Shown here: piece after piece, positions 14,641-27,725 of the stretch
Position numbering within the stretch: the stretch's first letter is position 1
Layout: each line of letters begins with the position of its first letter
DNA from: Macrostomum lignano
Taxonomy: Eukaryota
Assembly: GCA_002269645.1 (NCBI GenBank)
Contig: NIVC01003961.1
Coordinates: forward strand, 3,492-67,491
Reading direction: 5' to 3'
Length of the DNA stretch: 64,000 nucleotides
The notes under the pieces: model-generated
Seen by the model: only the letters and a program-made list of their open reading frames with translations
What the model was told of the DNA's origin: nothing
Databases searched by the model: none
Made by a program: the position numbers and the translations under genes

Positions 14641-16192
14641 ATACCATTTCAATCTGAACTTTGGCAAAAGTGACTTCAATTTTGGCCAGCCCATCGACAA
14701 AACGTTAATTTACCTTTCGGCAATGTCTATGGTACCAGGTAACTGTGGCAGAATCAGATAAAAGCCTAAAACAGTCACTGTTACTGATTCAATGATCTAA
14801 ATTTCATTGATGAAGTCACTGAAAAAAAACATTTTCTTTTGTCCTCACGTTGCTTCAAAGCAACGCTAGCTTCAGTGACAAATCTGTGAATGATCGCCTC
14901 GGCCTTGGTTCTCTTCATGTCAGTCGTCTCCAGTCTCTTCCTTCTTGGATGCTGCGCATCAAGCCGTTCTCCATCCTTCAGACCGCCACTCCAGGCCTCT
15001 GGTCCTGGGCCTCCTTGGACAAGCGCAGGTTGGTTTGAATTTTTAATTAGCCGAGCGGCTCGGTGTGAGATGGCAAACGAATTCTGTCACGAGAGAATTT
15101 CAAAAAACAGAAATCTAGTTCAAAATCTTTTTGCTTCATTGAATTGTCTTGAAATGACGGAATTTGCTTCCAAGAGTTGGAAACTGACCGGATTAAATGG
15201 GTGATTGTTATTTTGATCTGAGTCGGGGTGCAGTAAGAGTGGGGATCTATGGAGATTAATGATGCCGGGATCCATTAGGGTTTAGCATCAGTAACCAAAT
15301 AGAAATAGAGTCTATATCAATTAGGATCCGTTAGGATTCGTTAGGATTAGAGTGGTTAGGCATTAAGATTGGAGTTGGGATTCATTAAGAGTATAATACT
15401 GGTTTCAACTTTTATTGCGAACTATTGTATCAATAACTTCTATTGTATCCAGTAAGTTCCTATTTTAGCTTTTACTAGCATACTATATTCAGATGATAAA
15501 TCTTCATTGCGAGATACTATAAATATGAATTCACACTCTTAATTGTTTTATAGTGACAAGAGTACCTGACTTCGACAGTAACGGTGTCACAGTGTATTAC
15601 ATCACGCTTGTATCAATTCAATACGTAGACGGCAGCGCCAAATTAAATTGCCTTCTTTGAGGAAAGAGATGATGATTTTTTGGACAGCTACAAGTTGAAT
15701 TTGTGCCGGTTAAACGTTTCAAACATCTCTGTCTTCTAAGCTGTTTCGTTCGACATTTCTAATATATAAACAAAGTAATAATGTGCCTACAAGCAATGCA
15801 TTGCTACGCAGGATACCAGAAATGAAAGTGAAAATGCAGTTAAATGATTATATTCTAACACTTCATACCATCTTGAAAGTACGGGTACAATGTAAAACCA
15901 CATTTGCAAGCCATAGGGTTTAAAAACATAGCTTACTTGCTGCGACAATTTCTTAATCTAGCGTAGGTTCTTTTACCCCTTTTAGTCCAATCAGGAGCTT
16001 TGGAAGCGATATTTGCGATTGGTTCGACTACTACCTGAGCAGCGAGTTGAAGTTCGCTGACAGACTCACCTAAGTTGAGAAGCAGTTTACCAACTGTTAA
16101 CTCCTGGCACATTGTGGCAGCGCTTAAACGGCGAGCATCTCGAAATTCGTCTGGAACCGCTTGGAGCTCGCGAATTTTAGCAGCTGCCCATC

Positions 16193-16711
16193 ATGCGCCC
16201 GCTAATCTCTTGCTGGCTCTTTGTAGCCGCTCTTTGTCTGACCGCCGTTGCCGTCAGCAACGCGAACTCCAACCTGGATGAAGACGATGACTACATTGGA
16301 GTAGCTCCTGAGCATGAGCAGCTCCGATACAACTCAAAAGGCCTCCGTAGAGATCTTCGTAAGTGGCAGTACAATGGCGGCATGTTCGGAAAGCGGCAGT
16401 ACAATGGCGGCATGTTCGGAAAACGGCAGTACAACGGCGGCATGTTCGGAAAACGGCAGTACAACGGCGGCATGTTCGGAAAACGGCAGTACAATGGCGG
16501 CATGTTCGGAAAGCGGCAGTACAACGGCGGCATGTTCGGAAAGCGGCAGTACAACGGCGGCATGTTCGGAAAGCGGCAGTACAACGGCGGCATGTTCGGA
16601 AAACGGCAGTACAACGGCGGCATGTTCGGAAAACGGCAGTACAACGGCGGCATGTTCGGAAAACGGCAGTACAACGGCGGCATGTTCGGAAAACGGCAGT
16701 ACGAAGAGTAA
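16193..16711 (+). CDS. Neuropeptide precursor: 10x QYNGGMF-amide plus 1x WQYNGGMF-amide (SIFamide/NLP-10-like), 172 aa
   Basis: Signal peptide MRPLISCWLFVAALCLTAVAVSNA; acidic spacer; 11 tandem 30 bp units starting at 16367, each ending G-KR (amidation plus dibasic cleavage). Units differ only at synonymous third positions (AAT/AAC, AAG/AAA). Confidence 0.92.
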   Translation: MRPLISCWLFVAALCLTAVAVSNANSNLDEDDDYIGVAPEHEQLRYNSKGLRRDLRKWQYNGGMFGKRQYNGGMFGKRQYNGGMFGKRQYNGGMFGKRQYNGGMFGKRQYNGGMFGKRQYNGGMFGKRQYNGGMFGKRQYNGGMFGKRQYNGGMFGKRQYNGGMFGKRQYEE

Positions 16712-17449
16712 ACTTTAAAGAGACGCGAACAGATAAAAATCTTATAATTCCATTAGCTACCGCTTGCAGTGAGCCGCATCAATGCGATGACCTGCGATTC
16801 AGCGGGACATTCCATGTGCTTGTTGTGCAATACCCTCGGCCTCTAATTTTTTTCTTGGAAAATGACACTTCGATCTCTCTGAGAGAATAAGTAAAAAAGT
16901 GTTCAAGCACGATGTTCACAATCAAGAGCTAACACAATACAAAAACCAAAATCTTTTGATTGAAGACAAAGCTTGCACAGAAGCATACGTGGTTTGTGTG
17001 TTCCTAAAACTCAATGTTAATTCCTCAAGTCACTTGACTTTTCTTAAGGTTTGAATCTTGAGCCATCTTCGCTGAAAACATTTGGGAATAGTTCTCTATC
17101 CTCAAGTTACATAGTACACTCAGCAACATGATAAAGTTTTTCACACCGAAACCAGTAGTCAAAATTTTCTCAGATCTACCCCCAAGTGAGCAACTCACAA
17201 CCACGCCCGCGGTTCTGGTCTCAACTGTAGCTGAGTGATGCAGGTTGCGTCACAAGGCCGTAGCTTAGGCTGGTGAGGAGAGAGTGGAGAGTTTTGGCTA
17301 GAGTTGAATTAAATGTGCCGCTTGATGACCACTGGTTTCGGAAAGGAAACTTTTGCATGTTGCTGAATGTAGATCCTCTATCCTCTAGATGTAAATATAC
17401 ATCCTCTACCCCTTTTAAATGTGCATCCTTTCCAATCCTATGTGCACAG

Positions 17450-17810
17450 TCTCTACCCCTCCAAATGTACATCCTCCCCCGCCCTAGTGCGAATTCTCTA
17501 CCCCTCCAAATGTACATCCTCTCCCGCCCTAGTGCGAATTCTCTACCCCTCCAAATGTACATCCTCCCCCGCCCTAGTGCGAATTCTCTACCCCTCCAAA
17601 TGTACATCCTCTCCCGCCCTAGTGCGAATTCTCTACCCCTCCAAATGTACATCCTCTCCCGTCCAAAGTGCGCATTCGCTACCCCTCCTAAATGTACATC
17701 CTCTCCCGTCCTAAGTGCGCATTCGCTACCCCTCCTAAATGTACATTCACTCCCGTTATAAGTGTACATTCTCTACCCCTCCTTAGTGTATATACTCTAT
17801 CCCCTCCGAC
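17450..17810. repeat. Minisatellite, 45 bp unit (ctctacccctccaaatgtacatcctccccgccctagtgcgaatt)
   Basis: Period 45 between 17451 and 17496, repeated, degenerating 3'. Confidence 0.92.
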
Positions 17811-18847
17811 TAAATTCTCTAGCCCTAAAAAGTACATAAAAGCCGAATACGAGTATAGGGTGATATCATGCTACAAACGAACCATAAACCATTCTATACA
17901 AGAACTTCATCTGCAGTATCTGCGACTAGTTAAGAAGCCACTGACAGTTCTTTTAAGCCTAGGCAAGCTAACGCACTCAATAGCCAAAGTCCACACAAGT
18001 CTAAATTTAAAGCCCGCCCTCGCTGCTTAAGAGCCGTCCATTTATATTCAAACAGCAGCTGAAACTCCCCGGGGGACTGAAGCCGGCAACAAGAAAAACT
18101 TGATGGCCCATGAATTAAGCAACAGTATGTATAGTGCTGCAGCCTGTAGAGCTTAGAGCGGCACCCAGATGGACGGCAACTTGCTATAAAACGGATCGTC
18201 TCGCATTGTTGACTTAGGAACTTTCCACTCGCTCACTAATTCATGCAGCCGGTTTTCTCACTTTCACTCTCGCCTCCGATTAACCTGGGTGAGCCGTGAT
18301 ATAATTATGGGAATATAAACTTGTGGCTGAGCCAGTATCGACCCTGCATGGCAACCGCCTTTCAGCAGCCCCAGAGGGCAGCTCTCAAGCAGTTTACTCG
18401 GTGCGTCACACCCACGCTTCGATGCCAGATTTCTTCTTCGTTCGCAGAAAGAAACGCGAAATTTTATAAGTTTTGCCCAAAGTCATGCGCGCACGCGATT
18501 GGAGACTGAAATTGGCCATTAAAAACATGAAATAGCTAAAAAAATTGCAGGAAACTTCGGCAGCGACTGCAGAGCGTGGTTTGGTTCTAATGAGAAAAAC
18601 AGCACGTATCAGGCAAACGAACGCAGGGCCAGGAGCTCACGTGACTCGGTGGAGTAGCCTTGACTTACATTTGCTTACTGTGCTGGAAGTGAGGATCGGG
18701 GACAAGTCTTATGGGGTTTCATCGTAGGGCGATTGTCTGTGATCAACAGGGCCAGCTTGAAGATTCTTATACATGCACATGCATCTGTGAGGAGGGAAGT
18801 TAAAAAGGCGGAAGAGCGGTTTCAGGCAATGCGACATCAAAAACGGC

Positions 18848-19036
18848 GATTGTTCAGGGGATTGGGAGGGTGATTGTTCAGGGAATCAGGAGGGCCATTG
18901 TTCAGGGGATCGGGAAGGTGATTGTTCAGGGAATCAGGAGGGGCATTGTTCAGGGATCGGGAGGGCCATTAGGCAGGTTCAGGGCATTGGGAGGGTGATT
19001 GTTCAGGGGATCGGGAGGGCGATTGGTCAGGGGATT
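18848..19036. repeat. Degenerate 24 bp tandem repeat (gattgttcaggggatcgggagggt)
   Basis: About 7-8 imperfect units visible. Confidence 0.85.
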
Positions 19037-19614
19037 AACGTTCAACTTCAAGATAAAAAGGATAGCTTTTAAAACAATTTAGTTGTTCATTCTGTGTGAA
19101 TTGAATTGCAAAAAGATTTCAAGAAGGCAAAAATAGTTAAGCCAGATTTGAGAACCAGCGACTCGCCGACTCAGAATGATAGGTCGCGTGCCGGCTGCTC
19201 TGTGGCGGCCAGCAACTGGGACCCGATGGCAGGCTGGCGCAATTAGCAGCCAGGGCCGGGTTGACAGAGACTTAAGGGAAAATCATCCCTGCCCAAGTCT
19301 ATACCTGACTGTTCGCGCTCCGCATAGGGGGGGGGGCGGCTGAGGTTTCAGTCTATGCCAGAAGGCCAATTAAGCGTGCGTACATGTATTCTGGCAGGCA
19401 TCAGCCTGGGCGTAGAATCATCTATCAGAGTTCTTTTGCATGATTAGGAGTTCGGCAAGGTAGCTCAGGTGTGACTGGGCGAATATGCCAGATAAGAGAA
19501 GGCCGCTAAATTTATTCTTTTGGAAGTTTGTCCGGAGCTGAACTTAATTGCGCTGTATGGTAACTGGACCAAATCGTAACTCGATATACGAATTCAGGAG
19601 CCTCTGCAGTCTGC

Positions 19615-21062
19615 ACACAGCTAGATTTCATACACAGGCTGACACAAATCACAGCTAGATTTCATACACAGGCTGACACAAATCACAGCTAGATTTCATA
19701 CACAGGCTGACACAAATCACAGCTAGATTTCATACACAGGCTGACACAAATCACAGCTAGATTTCATACACAGGCTGACACAAATCACAGCTAGATTTCA
19801 TACACAGGCTGACACAAATCAAAGCTAGATTTCATACACAGGCTGACACAAATCACAGCTAGATTTCATACACAGGCTGACACAAATCACAGCTAGATTT
19901 CATACACTCCCTGACACAAATCACAGCTAGATTTCATACACAGGCTGACACAAATCACAGCTAGATTTCATACACAGGCTGACACAAATCACAGCTAGAT
20001 TTCATACACTCCCTGACACAAATCACAGCTAGATTTCATACACAGGCTGACACAAATCACAGCTAGATTTCATACACAGGCTGACACAAATCACAGCTAG
20101 ATTTCATACACAGGCTGACACAAATCACAGCTAGATTTCATACACTCCCTGACACAAATCACAGCTAGATTTCATACACAGGCTGACACAAATCACAGCT
20201 AGATTTCATACACTCCCTGACACAAATCACAGCTAGATTTCATACACTCCCTGACACAAATCACAGCTAGATTTCATACACAGGCTGACACAAATCACAG
20301 CTAGATTTCATACACTCCCTGACACAAATCACAGCTAGATTTCATACACTCCCTGACACAAATCACAGCTAGATTTCATACACTTCCTGACACAAATCAC
20401 AGCTAGATTTCATACACTCCCTGACACAAATCACAGCTAGATTTCATACACAGGCTGACACAAATCAAAGCTAGATTTCATACACAGGCTGACACAAATC
20501 ACAGCTAGATTTCATACACAGGCTGACACAAATCACAGCTAGATTTCATACACTCCCTGACACAAATCACAGCTAGATTTCATACACAGGCTGACACAAA
20601 TCACAGCTAGATTTCATACACAGGCTGACACAAATCACAGCTAGATTTTATACACAGGCTGACACAAATCACAGCTAGATTTCATACACAGGCTGACACA
20701 AATCACAGCTAGATTTCATACACAGGCTGACACAAATCACAGCTAGATTTCATACACTCCCTGACACAAATCACAGCTAGATTTCATACACTCCCTGACA
20801 CAAATCACAGCTAGATTTCATACACAGGCTGACACAAATCACAGCTAGATTTCATACACTCCCTGACACAAATCACAGCTAGATTTCATACACAGGCTGA
20901 CACAAATCACAGCTAGATTTCATACACTTCCTGACACAAATCACAGCTAGATTTCATACACTTCCTGACACAAATCACAGCTAGATTTCATACACTTCCT
21001 GACACAAATCACAGCTAGATTTCATACACTCCCTGACAAAAATCACAGCTGGAATTCATACA
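19615..21062. repeat. Minisatellite, 34 bp unit, ~42 copies, with AGGC/TCCC/TTCC variants
   Basis: Unit cacagctagatttcatacac[aggc|tccc|ttcc]tgacacaaat read unit by unit. Confidence 0.97.
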
Positions 21063-21699
21063 CAAAAGTAAAAAGCCCAAACATTCGAGCTTCATTTTCG
21101 AGCAAGTTTAAATCAGAAATTTTCCAGTAAATCTTTGATTTTATCCTGTAGCAGCTGGTCTATAATAGTTTGTATTGTCAATAATTTTGTTAACACAGAC
21201 AGGACAAAAACGCGGTAAGGAAGTTGAGAATTTTTCTAAATTTTTTGAGAAACCGGCACTAACAACATGCACAACAGCGGCACAGGCAATAAATTCGAAT
21301 CATCACTGTATCGTTCATCTCGAATGGAAATAATGGAATTAATTAAACGTTAAACACATAATAAGTATTGTTAAAGTAGCGGTTAAACACGTTTTAACGC
21401 AATAAACAACATTTTAATTAGCATACAACACCCAAAACCGTAGCGTGTACAGTAGAGTCGAAGGTACATCAAGCAAAAAAATAACACAGCAAAAGAAATT
21501 TTAAAACTAGAGCAATGAAACCAACCAAATCATATTTTTCTTCGTTTAACGTATACCAATAGCACAACACTGTATAAATAATGGAATACATTTAACAGTA
21601 GAAATACCTTTTTAAACTCTCACTCTGTCATACTGTCGATATCGATTTTCCTATGCACAAGTTGCAATACAATTGACGGGCAACCTCACTCCCAACCCC

Positions 21700-22460
21700 T
21701 CCATTTCTATCCGCCTTCTCTCCCTCTCTCTCCCTAGCCCCACTCTTCCTTATTATCAGCCTTCTCTCTCTCTCTCCCTAGCCCCACTTCCTTATTATCA
21801 GCCTTCTCTCTCTCTCTCTCTCTCTCTCTCCCTAGCCCCACTCTTCCTTATTATCAGCCTTCTCTCTCTCTCCCTAGCCCCACTCTTCCTTACTATCAGC
21901 CTTCTCTCTCTCTCTCTCTCCCTAGCCCCACTCTTCCTTACTATCAGCCTTCTCTCTCTCTCTCTCTCTCTCTTCCTAGCCCCACTCTTCCTAACTATCA
22001 GCCTTCTCTCTCTCTCTCTCTCTCCCTAGCCCCACTCCTCCTTACTATCAGCCTTCTCTCTCTCTCCCTAGCCCCACTCTTCCTTACTATCAGCCTTCTC
22101 TCTCTCTCTCCCTAGCCCCACTCTTCCTTACTATCAGCCTTCTCTCTCTCTCTCTCTCTCTTCCTAGCCCCACTCTTCCTAACTATCAGCCTTCTCTCTC
22201 TCTCTCTCCCTAGCCCCACTCCTCCTTACTATCAGCCTTCTCTCTCTCTCCCTAGCCCCACTCTTCCTTACTATCAGCCTTCTCTCTCTCTCCCAAGCCC
22301 CACTCTTCCTTACTATCAGCCTTCTCTCTCTCTCCCTAGCCCCACTCTTCCTTACTATCAGCCTTCTCTCTCTCTCTCCCTAGCCCCACTCCTCCTTACT
22401 ATCAGCCTTCTCTCTCTCTCTCTCCCTAGCCCCACTCTTCCTTACTATCAGCCTTCTCTC
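21700..22460. repeat. Compound repeat: cctagccccactcttccttactatcagcctt plus variable (CT)n
   Basis: Directly visible; ends ~120 bp from the DNAJC1 stop codon. Confidence 0.95.
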
Positions 22461-22581
22461 CGACTTTATATTTTGTTTAAATCATTTACTACTAAATCAA
22501 CTTGCATGGATTCTTATTCGGTCATCAGCCTGACCTTTGTGACCTTCAGCATGACTAATTATAAAATAACTAATTATAGAA

Positions 22582-25387
22582 TTATTCCTTTTTCAGCCGC
22601 AGCCGCTCGTTGATAATCTTGCACCGCTGGGCGCACTCGTCCGCGCTGCGGGAGCCCACGGCCACAGCCACCTGATCCCAGCGCTCCTTCGTACCTTTGG
22701 GAAATTGTCTGAGCGCCGCCTCCAGCTTAGACTGCTCAGCCTGACTCCAGGCCCGAGTCCGCTGCTGAGCTTCATCTATATCGTCTTCTTCTGCTTTAAC
22801 GGTTACGCCTCTCTGCTGCTGCTGCTGCTTCTGGCGCTTATTTCGACGCCTTCGCTGCGCCCTGCCGGCGCCGCCATCCGAATCGGCGTCGCTGTCAGAG
22901 TCCGATTCGCCGCACACCGCCGCCCCATCGGTGTTGACTTCGAAAGCGGCGTTGAGGCTGGCGGCAGCCTGGCGCCGCATCTGCTGCTCGGCCTCGCGAG
23001 CCCGGGCGGCCACGTCCGGCACGGCGCGATGCAGCAGGGCGGCGATTTTCTCCCAGCGGCCGGGCGTGCCGCTTGGGAATCTGGCAACTGCCTTGACCAG
23101 AAGCTGCTGCTCCGCCTCGCTCCAGGGACCCTCGACTAGAGCCGGCGGAGTCGTTGATTCCGCCTGGTCGCCGTTGCTGACGGCGGCTTTGACTGGCGGA
23201 GTCGGCAACGGCTGCTGCTGTTCAGCCAGCAATTGCTGCTGCACCTGGGCCAGTTGCTGCTCCCGGCGCTCGCGTTTCTGCTGCTTTCTCTGCTCCCGCC
23301 TGCGGGCCTCCTCGGCTGCGGCTTCCGCTTCCGCTTTGGCCGCCCGCTTCCGTTGCAGTTCGGCGTCGCGCCAATCGGCCAGGCTGTCCAGCGCCCAACG
23401 GCAGGCGCCTGGCGCGCCAACAGCGCAGGCGTAGAGTCCGCGACCGATGGCCAACGGCAGGAGGTCCCGCCAGCCTGGGCCCACTAGCGGCTCCTGTTCC
23501 AGCTCTTCTTCCAGTTGTTTCTGCTTTTTCTTGCTCTTCCGCCGGAATAGATCGTCGAATGCTAGTTTCCTTTCAATGTAGACACCCCACAGGACTAAAT
23601 AGTGGCCGACTGTGAACGCCAAGCAGAACACCAGCATCACTTCCGCTAAGCTCATCTTTCGCCACTTCCGGTAATAAAACATCGGGGTGCGCCAGTCGGG
23701 CAGCCCATTGTCAAGGATCTCGTCGTACCTGGCCAGGGTAGAGGGCAGATGGAGAGGTTCAGACTTGATTCTCGGTTCTCGTGATTGAAAAAAAACTTTG
23801 AATCAGGCCTAGGAGTGATTCTTGGTTCCCGGACGGTTCTTGATTTTGGTTACCAGCCTTTCTTGAAAATTGGCCAACCCCCACAACAGAGTGTACATGC
23901 CTGACGATGTACACCCTGTGTGAGCGTGTGCATGAGTGCGTGCACTGTTTTCAGGATGATGTTGCCGAAGGCACTGCGCCAGGGTGCCCACAGCCCAATT
24001 GCAAGTATTATTAGTAGAAGTTATTCTGAGAATATCTTATGAAAATTCATTTTCGGAATTGACACCGCCGAGATACTTGCGAGCTGGGCGGATCCCACCT
24101 GAGCGCTCGCAATAAGGTATCATTACTTTAGGCATGAGAAATTTCCAAACGCGTCACAAAATGGGGAATTGAAGTATTCGATAAAAAAGTACTTTTTCAC
24201 CTGCTGGGATCAAAGCATAAAATTTGATGGACTGTTAACTTGATTAAACGCTATTAACCGATTAAAAGGCGTGTCATGTGCGTTACAATGAATATAATCA
24301 CATAAAAGTTTTTAGCTTGTCTAGACACTTATATAGGACAATCGATAAATAAAAAATGGGGAAACACAAATGCTTGAAAGTAGACGATTATAATTGTATG
24401 CGTAGCTAATAACTAGGTATTAGGAATGGGCTATTGCGAGCGTAAACAATCCAATTAGAATCGCCGATGACACCGATTAAGAATCGCCCATGACACCATG
24501 AGGTATCGCCCATGACACCCATGAGGAATCGCCCATGACACCATGAGGTATCACCCATGACACCCATTAGGAATCGCCCATGACACCATTAGGAATCGCC
24601 CATGACACCATGAGGAATCGCCCATGACACCATGACGTATCGCCCATGACACCCATGAGGAATCGCCCATGACACAATGACGTATCGCCCATGACACCCA
24701 TGAGGAATCGCCCATGACACCGTGACGTATCGCCCATGACACCCATGAGGAATCGCCCATGACACCATGAGGTATCGCCCATGACACCCATTAGGAATCG
24801 CCCATGACACCATTAGGAATCGCCCATGACACCATGAGGAATCGCTCATGACACCATGAGGAATCGCCCATGACACCATGACGTATCGCCCATGACACCC
24901 ATGAGGAATCGCCCATGACACCATGACGTATCGCCCATGACACCCATGAGGAATCGCCCATGACACCCATGAGGAATCGCCCATGACACCATGAGGTATC
25001 GCCCATGACACCCATGAGGAATCGCCCATGCCACTATAAGGACTCGATGCCATTAAATCAAACGCACCTCCGCCTCAGAGTTTCATCCTTGAGCACTTCA
25101 TTGATGGCGTTGAGTTTGCGGAAATAATCCACAGTCTCATCGTCGTGCTTGTTCACCCGATCCGGATGGTACTGCATCGACACCCGACGGAAGGCCCGTC
25201 GAATCTCCTGACTGCTGGCTTCACGTTTCGTGTTCAACAGTTCGTAGAAATTGCCGTTGACCTCTTCAACTAAGTCGAATAGTTGCAGCTCGCGCTGGTC
25301 GAATGCGCTAACGGAGGGCGAGTGAGATAGCACTAGCAGAGTCAGTAGTAGCGAGGGAAGCGGCCACACCATGCCGATGGCTGCCAT
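22582..25387 (-). CDS. DNAJC1: DnaJ homolog subfamily C member 1 (ERdj1/MTJ1), 2 exons, ~488 aa
   Basis: Exon 1 25387-25068: signal peptide plus J domain with HPD. Phase-2 GT-AG intron. Exon 2 23728-22582: YDEILDNGLPDWRTPMFYYRK, TM segment, two SANT/Myb domains (WSEAEQQLLVKAVARFPSGTPGRWEKIA; WSQAEQSKLEAALRQFPKGTKERWDQVA). Confidence 0.93.
23870..24005 (+). mobile_element. Fragment related to the SINE-like family at 682/61296
   Basis: Shares gtgtacatgcc, tgtacac.cctgtgtgag.gtg and the 3' motif gcgccagggtgcccacagccc with the other copies; lies in the DNAJC1 intron. Confidence 0.45.
24465..25032. repeat. Intronic minisatellite, 22/23 bp unit (atcgcccatgacaccatgagga)
   Basis: Directly visible in the DNAJC1 intron. 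Confidence 0.95.
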
Positions 25388-25489
25388 GAATTTAGCATTT
25401 AATGAAAATGGCTTCTACGTTTCAAATTAGAAAACTGTGAGCTGACGACGGAGAGGGTAATTCGTGATGAAGTGATGGGAAGATGGGAA

Positions 25490-27725
25490 AACAGGGGAGG
25501 AGATAAGAGTGGAGAAGATGGGGAAGGGAGAAGAGATGAGGGGAAAGATGGGGAAGGGAGAAGAGATGAGGGGAAAGATGGGGAAGGGAGAAGAGATGAG
25601 GGAGGAGATGGGGAAGGGAGAGAAGAGATGAGGGGAAAGATGGGGAAGGCAGAAGAGATGAGGGAGGAGATGGGGAAGGGAGAGGAGATGAGGGAGGAGA
25701 TGGGGATGGGAGAGGAGATGAGAGCAGAAGATGGGGAGAGTAGAGAAGAGATTAGGGGAGAAGATGGGGAAGGGAGAAGGGAGGGAAGGAAGGGAGATAA
25801 GAGGAGAAAAGATAGGGAAAGGAGGAGACAACTGGGGAGAAAATAGGGAAAGGAGGAGACAACTGGGGAGAAGATAGGGAAAGGAGACAACTGGGGAGAA
25901 GATAGGGAAAGGAGGAGATAACTGGGGAGAAGATAGGGAAAGGAGGAGATAACTGGGGAGAAAATAGGGAAAGGAGGAGACAACTGGGGAGAAGATAGGG
26001 AAAGGAGGAGACAACTGGGGAGAAAATAGGGAAAGGAGGAGACAACTGGGGAGAAAATAGGGAAAGGAGACAACTGGGGAGAAGATAGGGAAAGGAGGAG
26101 ACAACTGGGGAGAAAATAGGGAAAGGAGACAACTGGGGAGAAGATAGGGAAAGGAGGAGATAACTGGGGAGAAGATAGGGAAAGGAGGAGATAACTGGGG
26201 AGAAAATAGGGAAAGGAGGAGACAACTGGGGAGAAGATAGGGAAAGGAGGAGACAACTGGGGAGAAAATAGGGAAAGGAGACAACTGGGGAGAAAATAGG
26301 GAAAGGAGACAACTGGGGAGAAGATAGGGAAAGGAGACAACTGGGGAGAAGATAGGGAAAGGAGGAGATAACTGGGGAGAAGATAAGGAAAGGAGGAGAT
26401 AACTGGGGAGAAAATAGGGAAAGGAGGAGACAACTGGGGAGAAAATAGGGAAAGGAGGAGACAACTGGGAAGAAGATAGGGAAAGGAGACACCTGGGGAG
26501 AAGATGGGGAAAGGAGGAGACAACTGGGGAGAAAATAGGGAAAGGAGACACCTGGGGAGAAGATAGGGAAAGGAGGAGACAACTGGGGAGAAAATTGGGA
26601 AAGGAGGAGATAACTGGGGAGAAAATAGGGAAAGGAGGAGATAACTGGGGAGAAAATTGGGAAAGGAGGAGACAACTGGGGAGAAAATAGGGAAAGGAGG
26701 AGACAACTGGGGAGAAGATAGGGAAAGGAGACACCTGGGGAGAAAATAGGGAAAGGAGGAGACAACTGGGGAGAAAATAGGGAAAGGAGGAGACAACTGG
26801 GGAGAAGATAGGGAAAGGAGACACCTGGGGAGAAGATAGGGAAAGGAGGAGACAACTGGGGAGAAAATAGGGAAAGGAGACACCTGGGGAGAAGATAAGG
26901 AAAGGAGGAGATAACTGGGGAGAAAATAGGGAAAGGAGACAACTGGGGAGAAGATAGGGAAAGGAGGAGACAACTGGGGAGAAAATAGGGAAAGGAGACA
27001 ACTGGGGAGAAGATAGGGAAAGGAGACACCTGGGGAGAAGATAGGGAAAGGAGGAGATAACTGGGGAGAAAATAGGGAAAGGAGGAGACAACTGGGGAGA
27101 AAATAGGGAAAGGAGGAGACAACTGGGGAGAAAATAGGGAAAGGAGGAGACAACTGGGGAGAAGATAGGGAAAGGAGACACCTGGGGAGAAGATAGGGAA
27201 AGGAGACAACTGGGGAGAAAATAGGGAAAGGAGACACCTGGGGAGAAGATAGGGAAAGGAGGAGACAACTGGGGAGAAAATAGGGAAAGGAGACACCTGG
27301 GGAGAAGATAGGGAAAGGAGGAGACAACTGGGGAGAAAATAGGGAAAGGAGGAGACAACTGGGGAGAAAATAGGGAAAGGAGGAGACAACTGGGGAGAAA
27401 ATAGGGAAAGGAGGAGACAACTGGGGAGAAAATAGGGAAAGGAGACACCTGGGGAGAAGATAGGGAAAGGAGGAGACAACTGGGGAGAAAATAGGGAAAG
27501 GAGGAGACAACTGGGGAGAAGATAGGGAAAGGAGACAACTGGGGAGAAGATAGGGAAAGGAGACAACTGGGGAGAAAATAGGGAAAGGAGACAACTGGGG
27601 AGAAGATAGGGAAAGGAGAAGATAACTGGGGAGAAGATAGGGAAAGGAGACAACTGGGGAGAAAATAGGGAAAGGAGACAACTGGGGAGAAGATAGGGAA
27701 AGGAGGAGACAACTGGGGAGAAGAG
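25490..27725. repeat. Purine-rich minisatellite, 28/31 bp units (gacaactggggagaa(g/a)atagggaaagga(gga))
   Basis: About 2.2 kb array; a degenerate GA-rich portion at 25490-25800 grades into regular units. Confidence 0.96.

Noticed and set aside
15320-15390. TTAGG-like interstitial telomeric repeats
   Set aside because: Only a few degenerate ttagga motifs with irregular spacing.
16291-16890. Alternative-frame repeat ORFs (MPPLYCRFPN; STTAACSENG; AVQRRHVRK)
   Set aside because: Unit variation is synonymous only in the QYNGGMFGKR frame, which also has the signal peptide and processing sites.
19615-21062. CRISPR-like appearance of regularly spaced repeats (also the 28.6, 30.5 and 58 kb arrays)
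   Set aside because: No unique spacers, no cas genes and a eukaryotic context; these are head-to-tail minisatellites.
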